Positions 7,321-16,166 of a DNA stretch of 20,000 nt are shown piece after piece. A program made the position numbers and the translations under genes. A model generated the notes under the pieces. The model saw only the letters and a program-made list of their open reading frames with translations, ran no database searches and was not told where the DNA came from. Every line of letters begins with the position of its first letter. Position 1 is the first letter of the stretch. Source of the stretch: Hydrurus foetidus. Taxonomy: Eukaryota. Where the stretch lies: assembly GCA_900617105.1 (NCBI GenBank), contig UYFQ01000004.1:419775-439774 (forward strand), written 5' to 3'.

Positions 7321-9795
7321 TCAAAACCGTGAGGTGCTGGCATCGTCAGGACGTGTTGTAGAAATGTTGAATGATAGCGACACTTGTGCACCGCTTACCG
7401 CGTCGTCCACAACATGGTTCGCAATCGCGATGCGGGCACCGTGGTCATCAGCAATTTTCTTGACCACCGCCAAGCCTAATCCTGTGCCTTTGGCCTTGGT
7501 GGTGATGTACGGCTCGAAGGCGCGTTGGAGGATGTGCTCAGGGAAGCCCGTGCCCGTATCACGCACGATAAGCCGCACACGGCCCCGGTGCGGGTCATGT
7601 TGGGTGATGAGCGTGACCGTACCTAACAGCCCGGCAGTGATGGCGGAGGCAGAGGCGTCTTGGGCGTTTTGCAGCAGGTTGTGCAGCACTTGGCGCAGCT
7701 GCTGGGCGTCGCCCATGATGAGCGGGCAATCGCGGTCTAACGCCAAGCTGACGGGCACATGCAACGCAGTCGCCGGGTCTGCGGTCAAGTGCCCCCCCTC
7801 GCCGACCACCCCTTCGTACAGGCCCATCACGTCTTCAATCAGTACGTTCACGTCCAGCGGTTTGAGCTTGGCCATGGGCAGGCGGGCGTAGTCGCGGAAG
7901 TCGTTCACCAAGCGCTTCATGGCATCGACCTGATCGACGATGGTTTTGACGGATTTTTTGAGCAACGCGAGGTCTGGGCCTACCAGCTTGCTCTCTAGCT
8001 TCATCTCCATGCGCTCAGCGGAAAGCTGGATGGGCGTTAACGGGTTTTTGATTTCATGCGCCAAACGGCGTGCCACTTCACCCCAGGCTTGGCTGCGTTG
8101 AGCGGAGACGATTTCAGAAATATCATCCAACACCAAAAGCCTTGATGCACCAGGCAGTTCAGCACCTCTAGCTACCAAAGTAATAGCATTTGGAGCCATC
8201 GAAAACGCATTACCTGCCGTTGAATCTGAAGCCTCGGCGTTCAATTCAAACGACGACTGCCAGTGGTCTACACCGTGTTGGCTGCGTTCGCGCAAGAAAT
8301 CGTCGAACTGGGCCTGCACGCTGACGGCGAAGGTTTGTAAGCCTTTCACCTCGGCCAGCGGTTTGCCTTCAAACGCGGCCAATGGGGCACGCAGCACACG
8401 GGTGGCACCGGGGTTGGACGTGAGGATGGTGCCTTGCGCGTCGAGCACGATGACACCCGCCGTCAGGTTGTCCAAAATGGTTTGCAAATTGGCACGGGCG
8501 GCGCTGACTTCGCCCATGCTTTTGTCCACTGCGCCCCTGGCATCGGACAACTGCTGCGTCATCACCGCGAACGAGCGGGTCAGGCCACCGAGTTCGTCTT
8601 TGCCTTGCAACGCCGCTTTAGGCCGCAAATCGCCTGCGGCCACTTGGCGCACGCCCTCGGCCAGCACCAGCAAGGGCCGCGCCAGCTGGTTGCCCAGCAG
8701 CACCGCCAGCAGCACCGCCCCAAACACGGCCAGGAACAGGCTGAGCGTCAGCGTGCCGATGTACATGCGGCGCAGGCCTGAACGAGCCAGTGCCCGCTCT
8801 TGGTATTCGCGGTTGGCCTCTTGCACCGCCGCCAAATTGGCGACCAGCGTAGGCGGCAGGATTTGGGCGATTTGCAAGATGCGGGGTTCGGCCAAGAGGC
8901 CGATGCGGCGGCTGTCCACCAGTGCCTGCACCTTGATGCGGGCGACGGTGGAGCCACTGTTCAAACCCTGCTCGTCCAAGCCTTCAATCGAGGCCACCAC
9001 CCGCTGCGCCCGCACGGTACGCACTTGCTGCGCCGTGGGTCGATCGGGGTTGAGGGCAAAGCGCGACTGCCCGGCCCCGGCGATAAGTTGGCCGCTACCG
9101 CTCCACAGCACCACATCACTCACGCCGAGTTGCTCACGCAAGCGCTCGACCACCAAACCGGCGGTGGCATCGGGTGTGGTGGACAGCTGGGCGGCGGCGT
9201 TGCGGGCCTTGTTGGACAGGTCTTCGGTCAGCGTGTCCAGCGTGGCGCGGCCCAGGCTAAGGCCCGCATCTAGCGCGCCCTCGACTTTCACATCAAACCA
9301 GCTCTCGATAGAGCGTGAGACGAACTGGTAGGACACCACGTAAATCAAGCCACCGGGCAGCACGCCGACCAGCGCAAAAATAGCCGCAAGCTTGACCAGC
9401 AAGCGGCTGCCAAACTTGCCTTTGCGTAGGCGCAGCAGCAAACGCAACGCAACCCAGGCGATCACCAGCAGCAGCAGCACGGCCACCACCACGTTCAGCA
9501 CAAAGAGGCGTTCGTAGTTGCGTTCGTACAGCTCGCGGTTGTTGGTAGCTTGAGTCAGCAAGAACAGCAGCACCATGCCCAAGCCCACCATCACCGCAGA
9601 GGCAACGCCCATCGCCCAGCGCAGGGCGCGGGGGGATTTAACGGCAGAGGACAGGTGCAAAGGGCTGCGAGGGGGGTTGCCATCAGCGGCATCCGTTGAA
9701 TACCGGCGATCAGGGCGCTCTGCGCTGTCCGCAGATGGTGCGGATGCTGCTGATGCTGCTGATGCCACGGTCTCTGCGGATGGCAACGCTGTCAC
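7321..9795 (-). CDS. ntrY: NtrY-like membrane sensor histidine kinase (HAMP, PAS, HisKA, HATPase)
   Basis: N-terminal TM helices; SRSIESWFD; HAMP (DELGGLTRSF); H-box AWGEVARRLAHEIKNPLTPIQLSAER; NLLQNA, DTGTGF, GTGLGL. GTG at 9795 chosen because it gives a GTGA overlap with the upstream stop. Confidence 0.88.
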   Translation of the reverse strand: MTALPSAETVASAASAASAPSADSAERPDRRYSTDAADGNPPRSPLHLSSAVKSPRALRWAMGVASAVMVGLGMVLLFLLTQATNNRELYERNYERLFVLNVVVAVLLLLVIAWVALRLLLRLRKGKFGSRLLVKLAAIFALVGVLPGGLIYVVSYQFVSRSIESWFDVKVEGALDAGLSLGRATLDTLTEDLSNKARNAAAQLSTTPDATAGLVVERLREQLGVSDVVLWSGSGQLIAGAGQSRFALNPDRPTAQQVRTVRAQRVVASIEGLDEQGLNSGSTVARIKVQALVDSRRIGLLAEPRILQIAQILPPTLVANLAAVQEANREYQERALARSGLRRMYIGTLTLSLFLAVFGAVLLAVLLGNQLARPLLVLAEGVRQVAAGDLRPKAALQGKDELGGLTRSFAVMTQQLSDARGAVDKSMGEVSAARANLQTILDNLTAGVIVLDAQGTILTSNPGATRVLRAPLAAFEGKPLAEVKGLQTFAVSVQAQFDDFLRERSQHGVDHWQSSFELNAEASDSTAGNAFSMAPNAITLVARGAELPGASRLLVLDDISEIVSAQRSQAWGEVARRLAHEIKNPLTPIQLSAERMEMKLESKLVGPDLALLKKSVKTIVDQVDAMKRLVNDFRDYARLPMAKLKPLDVNVLIEDVMGLYEGVVGEGGHLTADPATALHVPVSLALDRDCPLIMGDAQQLRQVLHNLLQNAQDASASAITAGLLGTVTLITQHDPHRGRVRLIVRDTGTGFPEHILQRAFEPYITTKAKGTGLGLAVVKKIADDHGARIAIANHVVDDAVSGAQVSLSFNISTTRPDDASTSRF
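8134..8188 (+). repeat. Dispersed ~55-bp motif, copy 4 (antisense inside ntrY)
   Basis: caaaa gcctt gatgcaccag gcagttc agcacctc tagcta ccaaagta atagca. Confidence 0.6.
9734..9765. repeat. Imperfect 9-bp tandem repeat (GATGCTGCT, about 3.5 units) encoding Ser-Ala-Ala in the kinase N-terminus
   Basis: gatggtgcg gatgctgct gatgctgct gatgc. Confidence 0.6.
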
Positions 9796-10454
9796 CGGCT
9801 GATCTCCGTGGGCAGTTTTTGGTTGCGGCTGACACCCAAGCTCCACTCGGTTTGCCCGAGTGCGCCGATTTGAAAGGGGCGGGGCAGTTGCGACACGTCT
9901 AGGCGGAATGCGAAATCGACGTTGTAACGACCATCGGCCTCCAGGTCAGCCGGGTCAGCGATTTTCCAACGGGCAAAGCGTTGGATGGCGGCCAGTGCGT
10001 CGGGCATGGACTCGAAATTTTGGCTCAGCGTCACGCCCAGGCCGTTGTTGCCAATCGGGCTGGGGGCCACTTGCAAGCGCCAGCGCCTCAGCAGCGGCTG
10101 GTAGGCCAAGCGCATGTGGCGGGCGGTGCGCGTGATGGGCTTGTCAGACCAGTACCAACGCTCACGCCGAAGTTCTACCTCGGCGACAAAGAACACGGGG
10201 ATGCCTTTGCGCAGCACATCGTCCACTACCGAGGGCAAGTCCATTTTGACGGTGGCGGAGAGATAAACGCCATCTTCCGCACGCTCCAGGGCAAAGCTGC
10301 TCAGCTCGGCGGTATCGGCAGCAGCGTGCAGTGGGATGCCCGTCGCCACCAGCAGCACGGCCCACGTCAACGCCTTCATCAGCGCCCGCAGCCCTTCCGC
10401 CACGCTACCGAGCGGCTTGTTTTTCCAACAGCGCGTAAAAGAATCCGTCCACAT
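9792..10454 (-). CDS. DUF4390-family periplasmic protein
   Basis: Signal-like segment MKALTWAVLLVATGIPLHAAA (alternative start at 10379); RERWYWSDK, LAYQPLLRRWR, LDVSQLPRPFQIGAL; conserved position between rsmB and ntrY. Start uncertain. Confidence 0.8.
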   Translation of the reverse strand: MWTDSFTRCWKNKPLGSVAEGLRALMKALTWAVLLVATGIPLHAAADTAELSSFALERAEDGVYLSATVKMDLPSVVDDVLRKGIPVFFVAEVELRRERWYWSDKPITRTARHMRLAYQPLLRRWRLQVAPSPIGNNGLGVTLSQNFESMPDALAAIQRFARWKIADPADLEADGRYNVDFAFRLDVSQLPRPFQIGALGQTEWSLGVSRNQKLPTEISR

Positions 10455-11796
10455 CACTCGCCTGATTGTCCGGGACAGCCGGGGCAGAACTGGCGAGGGT
10501 GGGCACTAAATGGCCTGGAGAGGGCAGCAAACGGGCCTCGGTGTGGTGCGTAAGAAACGTTTGTATCTGGCGCTGGCCTTCGGCACGGAAGACAGAACAG
10601 GTGCAGTACAGCAAACGCCCCCCCGGTTTGACCAGGGGCCACAGGGCACGCAAGAGCTTGGCCTGCAACGCCGCCAGCTGTGGCACATCGCTGGGGCGGC
10701 GCAACCAGCGCACATCGGGGTGACGGCGCACGATGCCCGAGGCGGTACAGGGGGCATCCAACAAAATGGCATCAAACAACTCGCCATCCCACCACAGATC
10801 GGGTTTGGCGGCATCAGCGGCCAGCACCTCGGCGCTCAAGCCCAGGCGTTGCAGGGTTTGGTGGATGCGCTCACAGCGGGCCGGATCGACATCCAGCGCG
10901 ACGACTTGGGCATCGCTGATTTCGAGCAGGTGCGCGGTCTTGCCACCGGGTGCGGCGCAAGCGTCCAGAATGCGGCGCGGGGCAGGGCCACTCCAGCCTT
11001 GCAGCAGCAGCGGTGCAGCCATTTGCGCAGCGGCATCTTGCACAGATACCCAGCCAGCATCAAACTGGGGAATCTCAGGCACTGGCAGCGGGCGGCGCAA
11101 CGTCAGCGCTTGCGCCCCCGCGAGGGTGGGCGTGACGATGTTATCAATATGCATAGCAGCCAGTGCTGATGAATACTGAGCTACCGTGGTTTTTCGGGGG
11201 TTGACCCGCAAGGTCATCGGGGCGTGGCGGTTGTTCGCGGTCAGGATGGCTTGCCACTGCTTGGGGTGGTCTTGCTGCAACAGGTCAATCCACCAGCGCG
11301 GGTGGTTCCACTGGGCCACCGGGTCGCGGTCAGCGAGTTTGTTCAGCGCCAGGGCTTCGCGCAGGTAACGGCGCAAGCAGGCGTTGACAAAGTTGGCTTG
11401 GGGGCGGGTGGCTTCTGAGCGTTTGGCAGCTTCCACCGCTTGGTCTACCAGCACAAAGCCTTCGTAGGGGGCTTCTTCGGCGCAGGCCAGCGCCAAGGCG
11501 CTGCACAGCAGGGCATCGGCTGCAGGCGGTGGCGGGCGTTTGGCCAACTGCTCGCGCAAGACCTCGGCACGGCCTAAATTGCGCAGCACCTGGAAAACCA
11601 ACGCTTGCACACCGGGGCGCAGGCGGGCATCGACCTCGGGCAGCAGCCGGGTGGTGGACTGGCCAGCGCGTATGGCTTGCAGTACCTGGGCAGTGGCTTG
11701 GAGCTGCTGCCACAGAGGGATTTGCTGGCGGCCTGCCGCATTGGCAGGGTGCGCCATTGGGTGGACAGGTGCAGCGGTGTTTGGGGAGGTGCTCAT
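10405..11796 (-). CDS. rsmB: 16S rRNA m5C967 methyltransferase RsmB
   Basis: NusB-like N-domain (FVNACLRRY); VSVQDAAAQ, LDACAAPGGKT, ILLDAPCTASGIVRRHPD, YCTCS, DGFFYA. ATG at 11796 preferred because the longer start crosses the terminator. Confidence 0.95.
   Translation of the reverse strand: MSTSPNTAAPVHPMAHPANAAGRQQIPLWQQLQATAQVLQAIRAGQSTTRLLPEVDARLRPGVQALVFQVLRNLGRAEVLREQLAKRPPPPAADALLCSALALACAEEAPYEGFVLVDQAVEAAKRSEATRPQANFVNACLRRYLREALALNKLADRDPVAQWNHPRWWIDLLQQDHPKQWQAILTANNRHAPMTLRVNPRKTTVAQYSSALAAMHIDNIVTPTLAGAQALTLRRPLPVPEIPQFDAGWVSVQDAAAQMAAPLLLQGWSGPAPRRILDACAAPGGKTAHLLEISDAQVVALDVDPARCERIHQTLQRLGLSAEVLAADAAKPDLWWDGELFDAILLDAPCTASGIVRRHPDVRWLRRPSDVPQLAALQAKLLRALWPLVKPGGRLLYCTCSVFRAEGQRQIQTFLTHHTEARLLPSPGHLVPTLASSAPAVPDNQASDVDGFFYALLEKQAAR
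11139..11194 (-). repeat. Dispersed ~55-bp motif, copy 5 (inside rsmB)
   Basis: Minus strand: aaaaa ccacg gtagctcagt attcatc agcactgg ctgcta tgcatattg ataaca (one extra base in the last spacer). Confidence 0.6.
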
Positions 11797-11810
11797 GGCG
11801 TAAATTCCAA

Positions 11811-11853
11811 TAAAAAAGCGCCTCATGCCCAATACTGTAGGGCATGAGGCGCT
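11811..11853 (-). terminator. Rho-independent terminator downstream of rpoC
   Basis: Stem AGCGCCTCATGCCC / GGGCATGAGGCGCT with a 9-nt loop; reads into a T tract on the minus strand. Confidence 0.85.
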
Positions 11854-11868
11854 CTCATTTTTGCAGTA
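11814..11868 (+). repeat. Dispersed ~55-bp motif, copy 6 (intergenic, coincides with the rpoC terminator)
   Basis: aaaag cgcct catgcccaat actgtag ggcatgag gcgctc tcattttt gcagta. Confidence 0.55.
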
Positions 11869-11902
11869 GCTGCATGACAGCGTCTGTCAAGACGCGGTGC
11901 GG

Positions 11903-14741
11903 TTAATCCGCCGCAGCGGCGCTTTCGCTCACTTCTGCACCCGCGTCCGTGCTGTCGCCAGCACCTTCGGCCAATGCCTGCTCTTCGGCTTCGGTGATGG
12001 CGCGGCGCTCAGCGTCGTCCATCAAATCCTTGGCCTGACGGGCGCGGTGGTAAGCCAAGCCGGTGCCAGCAGGGATCAAACGACCCACGATCACGTTCTC
12101 TTTCAAGCCACGCAACTCGTCGCGCTTGCCCATGATGGCCGCCTCGGTCAGCACGCGCGTGGTTTCCTGGAAGGACGCGGCGCTGATGAAACTGTCGGTG
12201 GACAAGGACGCCTTGGTGATACCCAACAGCAAGTTGCTGAAGGTGGCCGCCAATTTGCCTTCACCGCGCAGGCGGTCGTTGGTGTTGAGCATTTCACTGC
12301 GCTCGACCTGTTCACCCTTGATGTAGTCAGAGTCACCCGAGTTCTCAACCACCACACGGCGCAGCATCTGGCGAACAATCACTTCAATGTGCTTGTCGTT
12401 GATCTTCACGCCTTGCAAGCGGTACACGTCCTGCACTTCGTCCACAATGTAGCGGGCGAGTTCTTCAGAACCCAAGAGGCGCAAGATGTCTTGTGGATCG
12501 GCGGGGCCGTCCACCACGCTTTCGCCCTTGTTGACCACTTGGCCTTCGTGAACCAAGATGTTCTTTTCCTTAGGGATCAGCTCATCCCAGACTTGGCCTT
12601 CCAGATCGGTGATCTGCAAGCGAACCTTGCCTTTGGTTTCCTTACCGAAGGAAACGGTACCGGTCATTTCAGCCAGCATGCCCTTGTCTTTGGGTGAACG
12701 GGCTTCAAACAGCTCGGCCACGCGGGGCAAACCGCCGGTAATGTCTCGGGTCTTCTGACCTTCGATAGGGATACGCGCCAGCACCTCGCCGGGGCCCACG
12801 TCCAAGCCGTCACGCACTTGAATCAACGAACCGATGGGGAAGCCAATCGTCACCGAGTGGTCGGTGCCGGGAATTTTGACTTCGTTGCCCGTCGCGTCGA
12901 TCAGCTTGACCTGAGGACGAACCACCTTGGCAGAGCCACGGCGTTTCGGGTCAATCACCACCATCGTGGACAGGCCTGTGACCTCATCCACTTGCTTGGC
13001 GATGGTCAGACCTTCTTCGACGTTCTCGAACTTGGCTTGACCGGCGAACTCTGTGATGATGGGGCGTGTCAACGGATCCCAGTTGGCCAAAATCGTGCCA
13101 GCCTTGATGGTCTGGTCAATTTTGACCGACAGTACCGCGCCGTAAGGCACTTTATGGCGTTCACGCTCACGGCCATGCTCGTCATGGAGGACGATTTCGC
13201 CAGAGCGAGAAATCACCACCAACTCGCCCTTGCTGTTGGTCACGTAGCGCATCGTGGCGTTGAAGCCAATGATGCCGTTGGACTTGGCTTCAACGCTGGA
13301 GGCAATCGCCGCACGCGACGCTGCACCACCGATGTGGAAGGTACGCATGGTCAGCTGGGTGCCAGGTTCACCGATGGACTGCGCAGCAATCACGCCAACC
13401 GCTTCACCGTAGTTCACCAGACCACCACGGCCCAGATCGCGGCCATAGCAGGTAGCGCACAGGCCGAAGCGGGTTTCGCAGGTCAGTGCCGTGCGCACTT
13501 TGACTTCGTCCACACCGGCGACTTCGAGCTCGTCGATCAGGTCTTCGTCCAAGAGCGTACCGGCTGGCAGCAGCACCGAGCGGTTCTCGGGGTGCAACAC
13601 GTCGTCAGCCACGGTACGGCCCAAGATACGATCACGCAAGGAATCAATGGTTTCGCCGCCTTCAACGATGGCGCGCATGACGGAGCCGTCGTGCGTGCCG
13701 CAATCGAGTTCAGTCACCACCAAGTCTTGCGTCACATCGACCAAACGGCGTGTCAGATAGCCGGAGTTGGCCGTCTTCAACGCGGTATCGGCCAAGCCTT
13801 TACGCGCACCGTGGGTGGAAATAAAGTATTCCAACACGTTCAGACCGTCACGGAAATTCGCCTTGATGGGCGTCTCGATGATGGAGCCATCAGGCTTGGC
13901 CATCAGACCCCGCATACCAGCCAACTGGCGAATCTGCGCAGGAGAACCCCGTGCGCTGGAGTCGGCCATCATGTAAATCGAGTTGAACGACTCTTGGTCT
14001 ACTTCGTTGCCATGGCGGTCGATGGTCTTTTGCTTGGAGAGCTGGGACATCATCACCTTGGACACTTCGTCGCCCGCTTTACCCCAGATGTCCACCACCT
14101 TGTTGTAGCGCTCGCCAGAAGTCACCAAGCCAGAGATGTACTGCTGCTCAATTTCACGCACTTCTTTTTCAGCACGCTCCAGAATCGCGGGCTTCTCTTG
14201 CGGCACCAACATGTCGTCGATACAGATAGAGATACCGGACTGGGTCGCCAAACGGAAACCGTTTTGCAACAGCTTGTCGGCAAACACCACGGTCTCTTTC
14301 AAACCGCACTTGCGGAACGAGACGTTGATGAGCTTGGAAATTTCTTTTTTCTTCAGCGCTTTGTTGATGTTGCTGAAAGGCAAGCCCTTGGGCAAGATTT
14401 CCGACAACAACGCACGGCCCACGGTGGTTTCCCACAGTTTGGTTGAAGGCACGAGTTCACCGGTTTCCTTGTCCTTGGTGTACTCGGTCAAGCGCACGTT
14501 GATTTTGGCGGCCAACTCGACCACACCCGCGTCCAACGCACGTTGTACTTCGCCGGTGTCAGCAAAGATCAAACCTTCGCCTTTGCCGTTGATGCGTTCA
14601 CGGGTCGCGTAGTACAAGCCCAGCACCACGTCTTGCGACGGGACGATGGAAGGCTCGCCACTGGCGGGGAACAAGATGTTGTTCGAGGCCAGCATCAGCG
14701 TGCGGGCTTCCACCTGCGCTTCTACCGACAAGGGAACGTGG

Positions 14742-14776
<35 letters not shown>

Positions 14777-16138
14777 AGCCGAGCAAACGAGCGGGTGCAG
14801 TTGAATCGCCTTGCCTTCAATCAGGATGGGCTCGAACGCCTGGATGCCCAAACGGTGCAGCGTAGGCGCCCGGTTCAGCATGATCGGGTGCTCTTTGATG
14901 ACCTCTTCCAAGATATCCCACACGACGGGTGTGCCGGATTCGACTTCCTTCTTGGCCGCTTTGATCGTCGTGGCGATGCCGCGAATTTCGAGTTGGGCGA
15001 AGATGAAAGGCTTGAACAGCTCCAAAGCCATCAGCTTGGGCAAACCGCACTGGTGCAGTTTCAAGGTGGGGCCCACGGTAATCACCGAACGACCGGAGTA
15101 ATCAACGCGCTTGCCCAGCAAATTCTGGCGGAAACGGCCTGATTTGCCCTTGATCATGTCAGCCAATGACTTGAGCGCACGCTTGTTCGCACCCGTCATG
15201 GCCTTGCCACGGCGACCGTTGTCGAGCAACGAATCCACCGCTTCTTGCAACATGCGCTTTTCATTGCGGGCAATGATTTCAGGCGCTTTGAGTTCCAGCA
15301 AACGGCGCAGACGGCTGTTGCGGTTAATCACGCGGCGGTACAAGTCGTTCAAGTCGGAGGTGGCAAAACGGCCACCGTCCAGCGGCACCAGCGGACGCAG
15401 ATCCGGTGGCAGCACGGGCAGCACGTCGAGCACCATCCACTGGGGCTTGATACCGGATTTCTTGAAGGCTTCCAGCACTTTGAGGCGCTTGGAGTTCTTC
15501 TTGACCTTGACTTCAGAGCCGGTCAAGTCGCCGCGCAGGCGTTCGATCGAGGCTTCGATGTCGATGGATTCCAGCAGGTCTTTGACGCCTTCGGCACCCA
15601 TCTTGGCTGTGAATTCGTCGCCGTATTCCTTGTACTTGGCATCGTAGTCGTCTTCCGACATGATGGCAAAACGCTTCAAAGGCGTCATACCAGGGTCAGT
15701 GACCACATACGCTTCAAAGTACAGCACACGTTCAATGTCGCGCAGCGTCATGTCGAGCACCAAGCCCAAACGCGATGGCAGCGATTTCAGGAACCAGATG
15801 TGGGCGCAAGGCGCGGCCAAATCAATGTGGCCCATGCGGTCGCGGCGCACTTTGGTTTGCGTGACTTCAACACCGCACTTTTCGCAGATCACACCCCGGT
15901 GCTTGAGGCGCTTGTACTTGCCGCACAGGCATTCGTAGTCTTTGATGGGGCCAAAAATCTTGGCGCAAAACAGACCATCACGCTCAGGCTTGAAGGTGCG
16001 GTAGTTAATGGTTTCGGGCTTTTTAACTTCGCCAAAAGACCACGAACGAATCTTTTCGGGCGAAGCCATACCGATTTTGATGGCATCAAAATGCTCATCA
16101 GGCGTGAACTGCTTAAACAGGTCGAGTAGTGATTTCAT
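11903..16138 (-). CDS. rpoC: DNA-directed RNA polymerase subunit beta'
   Basis: 1411 aa; zinc finger CLCGKYK...CEKC; catalytic [37 protein letters not shown]. Confidence 0.99.
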
Positions 16139-16166
16139 AGTTTGAATCCTTTATCTGATCTGCCAA

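Noticed and set aside
9796..9846. Upstream start of the kinase ORF at 9846
   Set aside because: It would overlap the DUF4390 gene by 55 bp; GTG at 9795 gives a standard 4-bp overlap.
10506..10560. Possible seventh copy of the dispersed motif (AAATGGCCTGGAG...) in the rsmB 3' end
   Set aside because: Only the 5' part and one GC match; the WWSCNC and GCT core positions are missing.
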